Origin: a virus
Lineage: Duplodnaviria > Heunggongvirae > Uroviricota > Caudoviricetes
Strand: one strand, 5' to 3'
Length of the DNA stretch: 45,219 nt
IMG/VR virus record: IMGVR_UViG_2740892444_000003
Coordinates: 1-45,219 of that record
Positions 1 through 10,202 of this stretch are shown here, piece by piece. A program made the position numbers and the translations under genes. The notes under the pieces are model-generated. The model did no database searches, was not told where the DNA came from, and saw only the letters and a list, made by a program, of their open reading frames with translations. Numbering within the stretch: position 1 is the stretch's first letter; the number at the start of each line of letters is the position of its first letter.

Positions 1-933
1 ATGGACAACGACAAAATTGATCAACACAGCGACGAAATTGAAGTTGAGAGCGAAGAAAAAGAGCGCGGCAAAAAAATAGAAATAGATGAAGACCGACTCC
101 CCTCCCGGGCGATGGCAATTCATGAGCATATCCGCCAGGATGGTGAAAAAGAGCTGGAACGCGACGCAATGGCGCTACTGTGGTCAGCCATTGCGGCGGG
201 TCTGTCGATGGGCGCTTCGTTACTGGCAAAAGGGATATTTCATGTCGAACTGGAAGGTGTGCCGGGCAGCTTCTTACTGGAGAATCTCGGTTATACCTTT
301 GGTTTTATTATCGTCATTATGGCCCGCCAGCAATTATTTACCGAAAACACCGTGACTGCGGTACTACCCGTCATGCAAAAACCGACAATGAGCAACGTCG
401 GCTTACTTATGCGATTATGGGGCGTCGTGCTGCTGGGTAATATTCTCGGGACAGGTATTGCTGCATGGGCATTTGAATATATGCCTATCTTCAATGAAGA
501 AACTCGCGATGCATTTGTCAAAATCGGCATGGATGTGATGAAGAACACCCCCAGCGAGATGTTTGCCAACGCGATCATTTCCGGCTGGCTGATCGCCACT
601 ATGGTATGGATGTTTCCTGCAGCAGGTGCGGCAAAGATTGTGGTGATTATATTGATGACCTGGCTTATTGCCCTGGGTGACACCACCCATATCGTGGTCG
701 GTTCTGTTGAAATCCTCTATCTGGTGTTTAACGGTACGCTGCACTGGAGCGATTTCATCTGGCCCTTCGCACTACCTACTTTAGCGGGGAACATCTGCGG
801 CGGCACCTTTATCTTCGCGTTAATGAGTCATGCACAGATTCGTAACGACATGAGCAACAAGCGTAAAGCAGAAGCACGCCAAAAAGCAGAACGTGCGGAA
901 AACATTAAGAAAAATGATAAAAACCCGGCATAA
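1..933 (+). CDS. yfdC: Inner-membrane formate/nitrite-transporter-family protein YfdC
   Basis: Complete 310-aa ORF starting at base 1. The sequence is recognised from memory as E. coli YfdC. It has multiple hydrophobic segments and lies directly upstream of argW, as in K-12. Confidence 0.9.
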   Translation: MDNDKIDQHSDEIEVESEEKERGKKIEIDEDRLPSRAMAIHEHIRQDGEKELERDAMALLWSAIAAGLSMGASLLAKGIFHVELEGVPGSFLLENLGYTFGFIIVIMARQQLFTENTVTAVLPVMQKPTMSNVGLLMRLWGVVLLGNILGTGIAAWAFEYMPIFNEETRDAFVKIGMDVMKNTPSEMFANAIISGWLIATMVWMFPAAGAAKIVVIILMTWLIALGDTTHIVVGSVEILYLVFNGTLHWSDFIWPFALPTLAGNICGGTFIFALMSHAQIRNDMSNKRKAEARQKAERAENIKKNDKNPA

Positions 934-1008
934 ATGGCGAGGGTTTAAGCAATCGAGCGGCAGCGTACTTACCCCGCACTCCATTAGCGGGTATACTCAT
1001 GCCGCATT

Positions 1009-1083
1009 GTCCTCTTAGTTAAATGGATATAACGAGCCCCTCCTAAGGGCTAATTGCAGGTTCGATTCCTGCAGGGGACACCA
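1009..1083 (+). tRNA. argW: tRNA-Arg (anticodon CCU)
   Basis: A 75-nt cloverleaf read by eye. Acceptor GTCCTCT/AGGGGAC, D stem GTTA/TAAC, anticodon stem AGCCC/GGGCT with loop CTCCTAA (anticodon CCT), T arm GCAGG-TTCGATT-CCTGC, and an encoded CCA. Confidence 0.95.
1069..1083. repeat. attL core (3' end of argW)
   Basis: CTGCAGGGGACACCA is repeated exactly at 43894-43908. Confidence 0.8.
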
Positions 1084-1199
1084 TTTATCAGTTCGCTCCC
1101 ATCCGTACCAGTCCGCAAAATTCCCTGAATATCAAGCCTTCCGTAGATTCACAGTTCGTCATGGTTCGCGTCAGATCGTTGACAGCCGCACTCCATGAC

Positions 1200-1244
1200 G
1201 GGTAAAAAGTGGATAAAATAATTTTACCCACCGGATTTTTACCC
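1200..1244. promoter_or_regulatory. Cluster of TTTT(T)ACCC/GGGTAAAA(A) motifs just upstream of intS; candidate Int arm-type or Xis (TorI) binding sites overlapping the int promoter
   Basis: GGGTAAAAA at 1200-1208, TTTTACCC at 1222-1229 and TTTTTACCC at 1236-1244. The same octamer occurs twice at the attR arm (43815-43834). Confidence 0.45.
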
Positions 1245-2402
1245 ATGCTCACCGTTAAGCAGATTGAAGCAGCAAAGCCGAAAGAAAAACCATACCGCCT
1301 ACTCGATGGTAATGGACTGTACCTTTATGTCCCTGTATCCGGGAAAAAGGTATGGCAGCTTCGCTACAAGATTGACGGTAAGGAGAAAGTCCTAACCGTA
1401 GGAAAATATCCGCTAATGACTTTGCAGGAGGCAAGGGATAAGGCATGGACTGCGAGGAAAGACATCTCGGTTGGCATCGATCCGGTAAAAGCGAAAAAGG
1501 CTTCGTCTAACAACAATTCCTTTAGCGCCATTTACAAGGAATGGTACGAGCACAAGAAGCAAGTCTGGTCAGTAGGCTATGCAAATGAACTTGCCAAAAT
1601 GTTTGATGACGACATTTTACCCATCATCGGCGGCCTTGAGATTCAGGATATTGAGCCGATGCAACTGCTGGAAGTAATCCGCAGATTCGAAGATCGCGGT
1701 GCAATGGAGCGAGCCAACAAAGCCCGCAGAAGATGTGGCGAGGTTTTCCGTTACGCTATTGTCACCGGAAGGGCTAAATATAACCCAGCACCTGACCTTG
1801 CTGACGCCATGAAGGGATACCGCAAGAAGAACTTCCCGTTTCTTCCTGCAGACCAGATCCCGGCATTCAACAAAGCACTGGCAACATTTTCAGGAAGTAT
1901 CGTATCGCTCATTGCCACCAAGGTTTTGCGCTATACAGCCCTAAGAACGAAAGAGCTTCGTTCCATGCAATGGAAGAACGTCGATTTTGAAAACAGGATT
2001 ATCACCATCGACGCCAATGTGATGAAGGGACGCAAAATTCATGTGGTTCCTATGTCAGACCAGGTGGTTGAACTTCTCACTACGCTAAGCTCAATCACCA
2101 AACCAGTATCAGAGTTTGTTTTTGCCGGGCGCAACGATAAGAAGAAGCCAATCTGCGAGAATGCGGTATTGCTTGTGATCAAACAAATCGGCTATGAGGG
2201 TCTGGAAAGCGGTCACGGATTCAGGCATGAATTCAGCACGATTATGAACGAGCACGAATGGCCTGCTGATGCTATTGAAGTGCAACTGGCACATGCCAAC
2301 GGCGGATCTGTGCGCGGTATTTACAACCATGCTCAGTATCTAGATAAGCGCAGAGAAATGATGCAGTGGTGGGCGGACTGGATTGATGAAAAGGTGGAGT
2401 GA
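1245..2402 (+). CDS. intS: Tyrosine integrase (P4/CP4-57-type), IntS
   Basis: The ORF is open from a GTG at 1209. The ATG at 1245 gives MLTVKQIEAAKPKEKPYRL..., recognised as K-12 IntS. The C-terminal HGFRHxxS and GIYNH Tyr-recombinase motifs are present, and the gene is adjacent to the tRNA att site. Confidence 0.9.
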   Translation: MLTVKQIEAAKPKEKPYRLLDGNGLYLYVPVSGKKVWQLRYKIDGKEKVLTVGKYPLMTLQEARDKAWTARKDISVGIDPVKAKKASSNNNSFSAIYKEWYEHKKQVWSVGYANELAKMFDDDILPIIGGLEIQDIEPMQLLEVIRRFEDRGAMERANKARRRCGEVFRYAIVTGRAKYNPAPDLADAMKGYRKKNFPFLPADQIPAFNKALATFSGSIVSLIATKVLRYTALRTKELRSMQWKNVDFENRIITIDANVMKGRKIHVVPMSDQVVELLTTLSSITKPVSEFVFAGRNDKKKPICENAVLLVIKQIGYEGLESGHGFRHEFSTIMNEHEWPADAIEVQLAHANGGSVRGIYNHAQYLDKRREMMQWWADWIDEKVE

Positions 2403-2551
2403 TCCACCTTAACTATCGAAGAGCACAAAGTCTTGCAATCCAGTGCAAAGCTTTGCGTACCAGAGTTTTTCCTCATCAACTACCGCAAGTATCGATCGAT
2501 TGAGACTTGGATGATAGACTTCATGTCTTTCAGAACTCATTGATTAAATAA

Positions 2552-2914
2552 ATGTTAAAGCTATTTGCAAAGTACACCTCGATTGGTGTGCTGAACACAC
2601 TTATACACTGGGTGGTTTTTGGTGTATGTATCTATGCCGCGCATACCAATCAGGCTCTGGCAAACTTCGCAGGTTTCGTTGTGGCTGTGAGCTTTAGCTT
2701 CTTCGCGAATGCAAAATTCACATTCAAAGCATCGACTACAACGATGCGCTACATGTTATATGTCGGGTTCATGGGAACACTGAGTGCTACTGTTGGATGG
2801 GCTGCTGATAAGTGCTCGCTTCCTCCAATTATCACTCTTATCACCTTCTCCGCCATCAGCCTGGTGTGCGGTTTCGTCTATTCAAAGTTCATTGTCTTTA
2901 GGGATGCGAAATGA
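2552..2914 (+). CDS. gtrA: GtrA bactoprenol-linked glucose flippase
   Basis: A 120-aa protein with four hydrophobic segments, typical GtrA size and sequence (YfdG-like), and a 4-nt overlap with gtrB. Confidence 0.85.
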   Translation: MLKLFAKYTSIGVLNTLIHWVVFGVCIYAAHTNQALANFAGFVVAVSFSFFANAKFTFKASTTTMRYMLYVGFMGTLSATVGWAADKCSLPPIITLITFSAISLVCGFVYSKFIVFRDAK

Positions 2915-3840
2915 AAATTTCTTTAGTCGTTCCGGTCTTTAACGAAGAGGCCACGATACCTATTTTTTATAAAGCCGTGCGCGAATTTGAAGGGCTTCAG
3001 CAGCATGAAGTCGAGATAGTCTTCATAAACGATGGCAGCAAAGACGCTACAGAATCAATTATCAACGAGCTTGCTGTTGCCGACCCGCTTGTGGTTTCGC
3101 TGTCGTTCACACGTAACTTCGGCAAAGAACCTGCCCTGTTCGCAGGTCTGGACCATGCTACCGGGGAGGCAATTATCCCGATTGACGTTGATCTGCAAGA
3201 CCCTATCGAAGTTATTCCTCACTTGATAGAGAAATGGCAGGCCGGTGCAGATATGGTTCTGGCTAAACGCTCTGACCGCTCCACTGACAGCAGGCTGAAG
3301 CGTAAATCTGCTGAGTGGTTCTATAAACTTCATAACAAAATCAGCAACCCTCAGATAGAAGAGAATGTTGGCGACTTCCGGCTCATGTCTCGCGAAGTAG
3401 TAGAAAACATTAAGCTCATGCCAGAACGAAACCTGTTTATGAAGGGGATACTATCCTGGGTAGGTGGTAAGACAGATGTGGTTGAATACGTAAGAGCCGA
3501 AAGAGCCGCAGGAAAAAGTAAGTTTAATGGCTGGAAGCTTTGGAATCTGGCGCTTGAAGGGATAACGAGTTTTTCTACCTTCCCGCTGAGAATGTGGACG
3601 TATATCGGTCTCTTCGTAGCCGGTTGCTCATTTTTTTATGGGGCATACATGATTGTGGATACCCTTTGTTTTGGCAATCCGGTGAAGGGATATACATCGA
3701 TAATGGTATCGATGCTATTCCTTGGCGGCGTTCAGCTGATAGGTATTGGAGTGCTCGGCGAATACATTGGCCGCATTTACATCGAAACAAAGAACAGACC
3801 AAGATACATTACGAAAAGGGATAATGTTGAACATGAGTGA
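2911..3840 (+). CDS. gtrB: GtrB bactoprenol glucosyltransferase (GT2)
   Basis: N-terminal [12 protein letters not shown]...INDGSKD...DVDLQDP GT2 motifs and two C-terminal TM helices; YfdH-like. Confidence 0.9.
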   Translation: MKISLVVPVFNEEATIPIFYKAVREFEGLQQHEVEIVFINDGSKDATESIINELAVADPLVVSLSFTRNFGKEPALFAGLDHATGEAIIPIDVDLQDPIEVIPHLIEKWQAGADMVLAKRSDRSTDSRLKRKSAEWFYKLHNKISNPQIEENVGDFRLMSREVVENIKLMPERNLFMKGILSWVGGKTDVVEYVRAERAAGKSKFNGWKLWNLALEGITSFSTFPLRMWTYIGLFVAGCSFFYGAYMIVDTLCFGNPVKGYTSIMVSMLFLGGVQLIGIGVLGEYIGRIYIETKNRPRYITKRDNVEHE

Positions 3841-5317
3841 TTCAGCGTTAAAAAACGATAAATTCCAGCGAATTTTTAGAATTGTTTTGCCATTGTCCAT
3901 TTTATACATATCTTGGATTGTTTTTACTGGCAGACTTTACATTGATGACTTAGGCCGTTCTCTTTACGGTTATACATCGTGGGGACAGGACGGCAGGCCA
4001 GCCTCTGATCTATTAATGTCAGCCTTGAGTTTTGGCACGCCAATCCTAGACATTACACCCCTTCCCCAGATTTTATCTGTCATTGCCTTAAGTGCAGTTC
4101 TGTCACTTTGGGGGGTAAAGTATCTGCCAAGAAAAGGCACAACCTCTTCTGCTGTATGTGTTTTATATTTTATTCTATCACCATTTTTCCTTGAGAATAT
4201 CTCATATCGTTATGACTCACTACCTATGTCTTTGAGTCTTGTTGCACTATTATTGCCATATGCATTGAAGAAAAAACCTTGGTCTCCTTTTCTACATTTC
4301 ATTTCTGTTATCGCTTCCCTGTCTTTTTATCAGGCATCAATATCGTTATTCATATTACTTATGATTATTGATGTAATTCATCTTTATTTTTCTAAAAAAG
4401 ATGATTTAAGACATCTAGAAATAATCAAGTCAATTGCAATTAACACGCTTGCCTTTGCTGCTGGATTTGTTTTTTATAAGGTATTAATTGCTAGCTCCTT
4501 TGCGTCAGGCTCTTATTCTGATGAGCACTCAAAAATTATAAACGTTGACCACACCTTTTTTGATGTACTGTATAATAATACAGTTGTCATATTTACGTGG
4601 CTTTTAAACCCGCTTTATAAGTGCTCACCTTTTCTCTTTAAGGGGTGCGCATTGATCTTGCTAGTTAGCATCATAAAGATATCAATGACATCCAAAGATG
4701 TGAAATCCAGAGTTATTAACTTATTTTTACTTTCCGCCTTGATTACTGCGGGCTTTTTCTCTTGCTTTGCACACATTGCACTTCTTAAAACCCCTGTGCT
4801 AGCGCCTAGAGTATTAATATCTTTCACAGGATTCTTCCTGCTTTTTGCATACCTAGTAGTCCAAGCCTTTGAAAGTAAAAAAATTCAGCTGATACTTTTG
4901 GCCCCTGTTGTTTTTTTTAGTTTCATACTTTCATTTTCTTATGCAAACGCATCAAGCTCCCAAAAGGAGCTAGATAAATTAATTTCCACCTCAATTTATA
5001 ACGACATTTCTCATCAAGATTTGAGTTTTAAAAATGTTTTCATTCATGGCGTTATGCCAACATCGAAGCAGAGGGCATTGATAGTCGAGAGACTTCCGAT
5101 AATGAATTCTCTGATACCTATTTATTTAAATAACAATTGGTCTTGGGGGGCTATGATTCTTAAGCATTACCTTCTCGACTACAATGTGGACGCAACAATT
5201 ACAGATCCAAAAAAGGAAATCTGCTCCTTAACACCATTCTCCAGGTCTAAGGATTATTCACTATACAGCAAAGGTGATACCTTAATAGTATCATTTGATA
5301 AGACTGGATGCCGCTGA
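3824..5317 (+). CDS. GtrC-type serotype-specific O-antigen glucosyltransferase (polytopic membrane protein)
   Basis: It is the third gene of the gtr operon, visibly AT-rich and highly hydrophobic. The start is ATG 3824 or 3833, the latter overlapping the gtrB stop. The 3746 start in the ORF track lies inside gtrB. Confidence 0.7.
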   Translation: MLNMSDSALKNDKFQRIFRIVLPLSILYISWIVFTGRLYIDDLGRSLYGYTSWGQDGRPASDLLMSALSFGTPILDITPLPQILSVIALSAVLSLWGVKYLPRKGTTSSAVCVLYFILSPFFLENISYRYDSLPMSLSLVALLLPYALKKKPWSPFLHFISVIASLSFYQASISLFILLMIIDVIHLYFSKKDDLRHLEIIKSIAINTLAFAAGFVFYKVLIASSFASGSYSDEHSKIINVDHTFFDVLYNNTVVIFTWLLNPLYKCSPFLFKGCALILLVSIIKISMTSKDVKSRVINLFLLSALITAGFFSCFAHIALLKTPVLAPRVLISFTGFFLLFAYLVVQAFESKKIQLILLAPVVFFSFILSFSYANASSSQKELDKLISTSIYNDISHQDLSFKNVFIHGVMPTSKQRALIVERLPIMNSLIPIYLNNNWSWGAMILKHYLLDYNVDATITDPKKEICSLTPFSRSKDYSLYSKGDTLIVSFDKTGCR

Positions 5318-5325
5318 TTAAAGTC

Positions 5326-5344
5326 TAGGCCGCCATGCGGCCTA
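5326..5344. terminator. Bidirectional hairpin between the convergent gtr and tail-fibre operons
   Basis: TAGGCCG-CCATG-CGGCCTA, followed by a T-rich tract. Confidence 0.6.
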
Positions 5345-5346
5345 CT

Positions 5347-5748
5347 TTATTTTGGCCAGTCAATATCAGGTGCCTTGGAAGTATCAACCCGGCTTAAAAG
5401 CACGCGATATTTTTTCAGTGTAGTTAACTGTGTTCTTTCTTCATCTGTCGCCATGTCTAGGTCGACCGCATCCTGTAGCACGTCGATGCGCTGGCTGGCG
5501 TCATCCATTAGCATCTTCTTCATTGCTACGTTTGACTGGATTTTTGCCTGGGTTAGATCTTCCTGCTGCTGCTCGGTCAAAGGTGGGCGCGAAAAATTAG
5601 CGCCGTCATACAGATAGCCAGGCCCGGCAATGTTGCTTTCATCGTATTCAACAACAATCGTCCCAGCATCATGCTGGTATTCTCCTTCCCCATCCCAAAG
5701 GAAAGTATTTTCCACTACTCCATCACGAACTAATGCCCATGTTTTCAT
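5347..5748 (-). CDS. Tail fibre assembly chaperone (Tfa)
   Basis: [14 protein letters not shown]... is a typical Tfa N-terminus. The start overlaps the fibre gene stop (TAATG), and it is the last gene of the tail operon. Confidence 0.7.
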   Translation of the reverse strand: MKTWALVRDGVVENTFLWDGEGEYQHDAGTIVVEYDESNIAGPGYLYDGANFSRPPLTEQQQEDLTQAKIQSNVAMKKMLMDDASQRIDVLQDAVDLDMATDEERTQLTTLKKYRVLLSRVDTSKAPDIDWPK

Positions 5749-6758
5749 TACGCATACTCCCAAATAATAACCAGCCCAGGTGCGCCATCACCACCAGCCA
5801 CAGCAGCATTGCCCGCTGTAACGGATGATGGGCCGCCGCCAGAACCGTAACCCGAACCATTGATGCCATGAGCATTGTTGGCTGTAATGTATCCTCCTGC
5901 GCCGAAGCGAGACGATCCACCAGGGGCGTCGACAATTATTGAAGAACTGATAACGACGGAGGAGCTGGCGCCTTCACCTGGAGTGCTAATTATGTTCGCC
6001 CCGGTAGCACCGCCTGAAACTACCGCCGCCACGGTAGAAAAAGGGAAATTGTTAGTTGGCCCTGCTGGTTCCCCTGAACTGCCACCTGCCGCCGTCATCA
6101 GGCTGCCGAAAGATGATGTGCCGCCGACAGAAGGATATACATCGGAAACCGTTCCACCCAAACCCTTGCCGCCAACAGTAACCTGAACCCCACTAAATCC
6201 AGAAGTGAACTGCCCTTTAGCGTAAGATCCAGCGCCACCGGCACCACCAACGGATACCTGGCCAGGTCCTGCGGCGCGCGCTCCAGCGCCCCCCCCTCCC
6301 CCGCCAACCATTTCAACAATTACTTTTTTCGTGCCGGGAGTAGCATTATAAATACCGGAACTGTAGAAAACCCGCACGTTCAGCAGGCGACCAACGTATC
6401 CGCTCTCATCTCCCAAACCGAGGTTTTCGAGAGCCGTTTTCACCGTGCCATCCGATTTGATATCGCCAAACGGATTCTTGCGGCTCAGGTATTCAACAGC
6501 AAATCCCGATCCCAGCAATTCAACAAAACCGGGCAGATCACCATTATCAAGCACATCCCGTTGCGTTTTGTCACTTACAAACTGGGCCAGAGCTGCAGCA
6601 ATAAAGCTGGCCTGCCGAATAACCTTATTGACTTGCGCACTGGATGCTTTCCCTGCTGTAAATCCGGATAAAAGCGCAGGCAACGCTTCCCATTCCTCCT
6701 GCGACATAACATTGGCATTCCGATCAGTTGCAAACGCTTTAAAGTCATTTTTCGCCAT
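5748..6758 (-). CDS. Tail fibre protein with a glycine-rich C-terminal domain
   Basis: It lies between the baseplate genes and tfa. The start MAKNDFKAF overlaps the upstream stop. The C-terminal half is a long Gly/Ser/Ala-rich region. Confidence 0.7.
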   Translation of the reverse strand: MAKNDFKAFATDRNANVMSQEEWEALPALLSGFTAGKASSAQVNKVIRQASFIAAALAQFVSDKTQRDVLDNGDLPGFVELLGSGFAVEYLSRKNPFGDIKSDGTVKTALENLGLGDESGYVGRLLNVRVFYSSGIYNATPGTKKVIVEMVGGGGGGAGARAAGPGQVSVGGAGGAGSYAKGQFTSGFSGVQVTVGGKGLGGTVSDVYPSVGGTSSFGSLMTAAGGSSGEPAGPTNNFPFSTVAAVVSGGATGANIISTPGEGASSSVVISSSIIVDAPGGSSRFGAGGYITANNAHGINGSGYGSGGGPSSVTAGNAAVAGGDGAPGLVIIWEYA

Positions 6759-7438
6759 CAGAGTAATACTCCCCATGCCCCTACATCAAAACCACTGATG
6801 AATTCGTTATCCATATCAAAACCAAAAAATTTTGAGCCTTCCGATGGAGTTTCCACCGAAGGTGTTTCAATGCCCCCCGCCCATACCCCGGCGGCTTTTA
6901 CTGTTAGATACCCCTGTTTAATTGCCGCAATTAACTCACGCGATACATCTGAAATATCAGTATCAGGAAAGACCCAGACCGATATCGTCATGTCCTGGTT
7001 ATCGACTATCTGCATTCGCAGCCCGGATCCTGCTGTTGCAGCGTCAAGAATTGCTGGAAGCGAATCATTCCGTCCGTCCCAGTTATTAATCGCAATCTTC
7101 GCTTTAAGGATGACACGATAAGTTTCATCGCTGAGGTACATGTATCCGGAATCAGGATCGTATGGCCCCTGCCATACACCCTGATCATATCCAAGCCCGT
7201 CGGTATCCCAGCTGAAATAGACACCTGAGATAGGCTGGCTGACAACACGGCTACGCCCGATCCACAATCCCAGAATGTCAAGTTGCACACCAACGGCAGA
7301 GTCAATATCAAATGCAGTAATCAGCCCTCTGGTGGCAGCCGCAACATCAATAAGCGGCCGGGTCATCAGATCAACATGTGCAAGAAATTTAGGTTTGGTG
7401 GCGTGGTAGTTCGTGATTAGTTCGGTGTATTTGCTCAT
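6758..7438 (-). CDS. Baseplate / fibre-attachment protein (Mu gp48 / P2 gpI position)
   Basis: Assigned by synteny after the J-like gene; 226 aa, with start and stop overlapping the neighbouring genes. Confidence 0.55.
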   Translation of the reverse strand: MSKYTELITNYHATKPKFLAHVDLMTRPLIDVAAATRGLITAFDIDSAVGVQLDILGLWIGRSRVVSQPISGVYFSWDTDGLGYDQGVWQGPYDPDSGYMYLSDETYRVILKAKIAINNWDGRNDSLPAILDAATAGSGLRMQIVDNQDMTISVWVFPDTDISDVSRELIAAIKQGYLTVKAAGVWAGGIETPSVETPSEGSKFFGFDMDNEFISGFDVGAWGVLL

Positions 7439-8634
7439 GACTCCACCGTTATAACGATATTTTCCGGGGTACAGGACGCAGATTCGTTGTATCTGATATC
7501 AATGTTTGATGACGACAAAGCCCCCGGGGATTTCCCAATCGTCAGTTCCTGAATATCGTAATAGCGTGCATTCCCGCCACTCACCACGCCAAGATTCGCC
7601 GGTGAGTAAATGCGACTTAAAAGGACCGAATCACCGATCGTCAGACTATTGATATAGTCGGAAATAGCCTGCTGGATCTGCTGCCCTATCTGTGAGGTAT
7701 AACCCGTAAAAACTTTTAATTTAATCCGGGCATAAACAGGCACATCACTGGAACGCGAGAATTTGATTACATGGGGATTGCCGTATTTATCCGGAACCGT
7801 AACGGATGTTGTACCGTGAGTGGCTGTACCCTGGCCTTTATTCCCTCTGATAGCCTGAGCAATATCCGTCACATCACCGCCATCCACAATTACAGCAACA
7901 GAGTGTGGCGGTAACCCGTTACCGTCCTCCGAACCAGTATCGTTTTCATAGAGTTTGTGGCGGGTTACACCGGTAACATTAGAAACAGCACCATCCAGTG
8001 CTTCAAATGGGGTTATTGATGGCAACGCAACACTTTGCGACTGGCGGATACGTAACTCAGCATCATTTTCTGCCGGAGAGCCAACAGTAGCCGCAGCAGG
8101 ATTAGTTACCGAAACCCAGCCACGGGTTGGCGTATTAATTTCAGTGATAGTTCCAGCCAGCGCCGCCACTGCACCACTGACGGAACATGTTGCGGTCACC
8201 ATCACTGTACCATCCACGCCGACCACCACTGAAGCAGGCAAACGCCATATCACATTATTACTGTCTTTCACGCTGCCATTAATGATGGTTGTTCCGGCAG
8301 TTCCTGTAAGAAGCAAATCAACCGTAGAGTTCGTCGCGCCTTTACGTGAAATACCATTTATTTTCACGTTACTGGTCAGTGCAGCCCCATAGCCGGTTGC
8401 CGGTGAAAAACAGTTGTAGACAGTTATCGCCATATTATTGGTATCATGAATCGCCAGCGCCATCAGAGCCACCATCTGGCCGTCTTTGCTGTCCGGTTCG
8501 AGGTAGGCATCACTGCCATAAATCTGCTGAAAATAGCTAATCAGGGTGCTGAGTATCGTCTGATAATCAGGCGCACTGATCCCCTCCGCGGTTACCTTTG
8601 CAGATAAACCGAGAGAATCAAGGTTCAGAGCCAT
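7435..8634 (-). CDS. Baseplate J-like protein (Mu gp47 position)
   Basis: A 399-aa protein whose N-terminus resembles the Baseplate_J family (...DYQTILSTLISYFQQIYG...), in the expected synteny. Confidence 0.75.
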   Translation of the reverse strand: MALNLDSLGLSAKVTAEGISAPDYQTILSTLISYFQQIYGSDAYLEPDSKDGQMVALMALAIHDTNNMAITVYNCFSPATGYGAALTSNVKINGISRKGATNSTVDLLLTGTAGTTIINGSVKDSNNVIWRLPASVVVGVDGTVMVTATCSVSGAVAALAGTITEINTPTRGWVSVTNPAAATVGSPAENDAELRIRQSQSVALPSITPFEALDGAVSNVTGVTRHKLYENDTGSEDGNGLPPHSVAVIVDGGDVTDIAQAIRGNKGQGTATHGTTSVTVPDKYGNPHVIKFSRSSDVPVYARIKLKVFTGYTSQIGQQIQQAISDYINSLTIGDSVLLSRIYSPANLGVVSGGNARYYDIQELTIGKSPGALSSSNIDIRYNESASCTPENIVITVES

Positions 8635-8987
8635 TACGCCTCCGATGTAACAGTCGTTATTCCATAAAGAGTGTCGATTTCAGCGGAAAACATGACACGT
8701 CGGGTCGTGGTATCCACCGTCGTATTGAAAGAGAGGATTGATTTAACGCCCCGCGTTTCGAGGATGCGCTTACGGATCGCCAGGTTGTAGGTTTCCGGCT
8801 TCTGCTTACCGAGTACGGACTGGATCCACGGAGTCCCCTCGGTGGTGTCGAGAAACCATTGCCCATACCACAATTCGAATCGCGTTTTTACCGCCTGCGC
8901 CACGGCCTCCGGTGAGTTAATCAGCCAGGTATCATCGCCGCTGCCAAAGGTGTAATCGCCATCGGCGTCTTCACGTCTGTATCGCAT
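8634..8987 (-). CDS. Small baseplate wedge protein (Mu gp46 / gpW position)
   Basis: A 117-aa protein, translationally coupled between the spike and J-like genes. Confidence 0.55.
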   Translation of the reverse strand: MRYRREDADGDYTFGSGDDTWLINSPEAVAQAVKTRFELWYGQWFLDTTEGTPWIQSVLGKQKPETYNLAIRKRILETRGVKSILSFNTTVDTTTRRVMFSAEIDTLYGITTVTSEA

Positions 8988-9742
8988 CAGTTAGGCGCTC
9001 CTGTGTTACCGCCGCCGGTCTGTACTCCGCCGTGCGTGTGCGTCATCAGGCTCTTACCACCAGCTTTTACATCGTTAGTCACCGTGACAGGGCCAAGCAT
9101 CGTCGCGGTGCCGCCGCTTTCGCCCATCCCCTGAGAGAGATTCCCGTTTATTGTCACGTTGCCGTTTAGCGTGATGGTGGGTGATGTGATCGTGGTTCCT
9201 CCTTCTGCTGTCGCCGTCAGCGCGCCGGGGGTTTTAACCGTGATGTTATGGCCTGCGGCCACTTCCACAAACGCAGCGCCATCATCAGTACGCAGTTGCG
9301 CGGCGCTGGTGCTGATTCCGCTGATTTTCTGCGCCTGAGACTGCGGACCGACGATACAGAACGCATCCGATAAATCATGCATTCTGTCATCAACCGTCTC
9401 CTGTATCCCGCCGCTCTGCCACCAGAAATCAATACAACGATCGGCAAAAACGACAAGACACTCATCCCCAGCCTTTACCGGAAAAGTCAACGTACAGCCT
9501 CCGCCGCGTGGGAATACCACCGGCACATCCACCAGCAGCGGGTAATTTTTGGTAACGCGATTGCCGTCGTTATCCGTTTCAACCGAACGGATAGAAGGCT
9601 GCACAACCGCCGTCACAGCGTCAGGATCGAATGACTGGACGATGCCAGGCAAAGCGACTCGGATCTGGTTCTTTGTTGTTTCCCGTTCAGATTTGAATGT
9701 TTCAGCAAGGTCGCCGCTGCGGGTCTGGTCAGATACTGCCAT
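8987..9742 (-). CDS. Baseplate spike / assembly protein V (Mu gp45-like)
   Basis: A 251-aa protein with a C-terminal MTHTHGGVQTGGGNTGAP motif typical of gpV-type spikes. Confidence 0.75.
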   Translation of the reverse strand: MAVSDQTRSGDLAETFKSERETTKNQIRVALPGIVQSFDPDAVTAVVQPSIRSVETDNDGNRVTKNYPLLVDVPVVFPRGGGCTLTFPVKAGDECLVVFADRCIDFWWQSGGIQETVDDRMHDLSDAFCIVGPQSQAQKISGISTSAAQLRTDDGAAFVEVAAGHNITVKTPGALTATAEGGTTITSPTITLNGNVTINGNLSQGMGESGGTATMLGPVTVTNDVKAGGKSLMTHTHGGVQTGGGNTGAPN

Positions 9743-9760
9743 TTAGTAGGCTCCAGAAAG

Positions 9761-9786
9761 CAAAAAACCCGCCGGGTGGCGGGTTT
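9761..9786 (-). terminator. Rho-independent terminator ending the toxin cassette
   Basis: On the minus strand, AAACCCGCC-ACCC-GGCGGGTTT is followed by a T6 run. It begins at the stop codon of ORF 9785-10201. Confidence 0.7.
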
Positions 9787-10201
9787 ATGAATCGTAGGTT
9801 TTCAATTTTTCGAGTTCATCAGGAGGAAGTTCTATGAAGGTTTCCTCTGCTAATTTTATCAGCCGGGGAAGCATCGAATCAGCTTGCTGATGAGCGTTTG
9901 GGCTGATGATTGCCAATATCTGATAGTGTTCATCGATATAAAGATGCTGAGCATATACCAAAAAATTATCACATGTCCGTTCACTCAGAGATGCTTCTGG
10001 AGGCCAGGGTTTATCGCCAGGTAGCTTTAAGTGAATTTTCCTGATGTTGGCAGCCATCGCATCATAGTTACGTTCAAAACCGCCTAACGAACCAAAACAC
10101 CAGAACTGGGAACCCTTTGAAATATAATCGGCAAGCATTTGAGCATACTTATGTGCTGCAGCTAAATGACGCAATTCTCCCGTGATACTGACTTTTGCCA
10201 T
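9785..10201 (-). CDS. YafO-family-like toxin (putative ribosome-dependent mRNA interferase)
   Basis: The 138-aa segment IRKIHLKLPGDKPWPPEASLSERTCDNFLVYAQHLYIDEHYQILAIISPNAHQQADSMLPRLIKLAEETF lines up with E. coli YafO VAHIHLANENHPFPPQLRQFSRTNDEAHLVYCQGAFDEQAWLLIAILKPEPHKLARDNNQMHKIGKMAEAF. The YafO sequence is recalled from memory and not searched. Confidence 0.55.
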   Translation of the reverse strand: MAKVSITGELRHLAAAHKYAQMLADYISKGSQFWCFGSLGGFERNYDAMAANIRKIHLKLPGDKPWPPEASLSERTCDNFLVYAQHLYIDEHYQILAIISPNAHQQADSMLPRLIKLAEETFIELPPDELEKLKTYDS

Positions 10202-10202
10202 G

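Noticed and set aside
5800-6320. A repetitive GGN/GCN-rich DNA stretch that might look like a tandem repeat or array.
   Set aside because: It is in frame within the tail fibre ORF and encodes a glycine-rich C-terminal domain. There is no regular repeat-spacer periodicity, so it is not a CRISPR array or a minisatellite.
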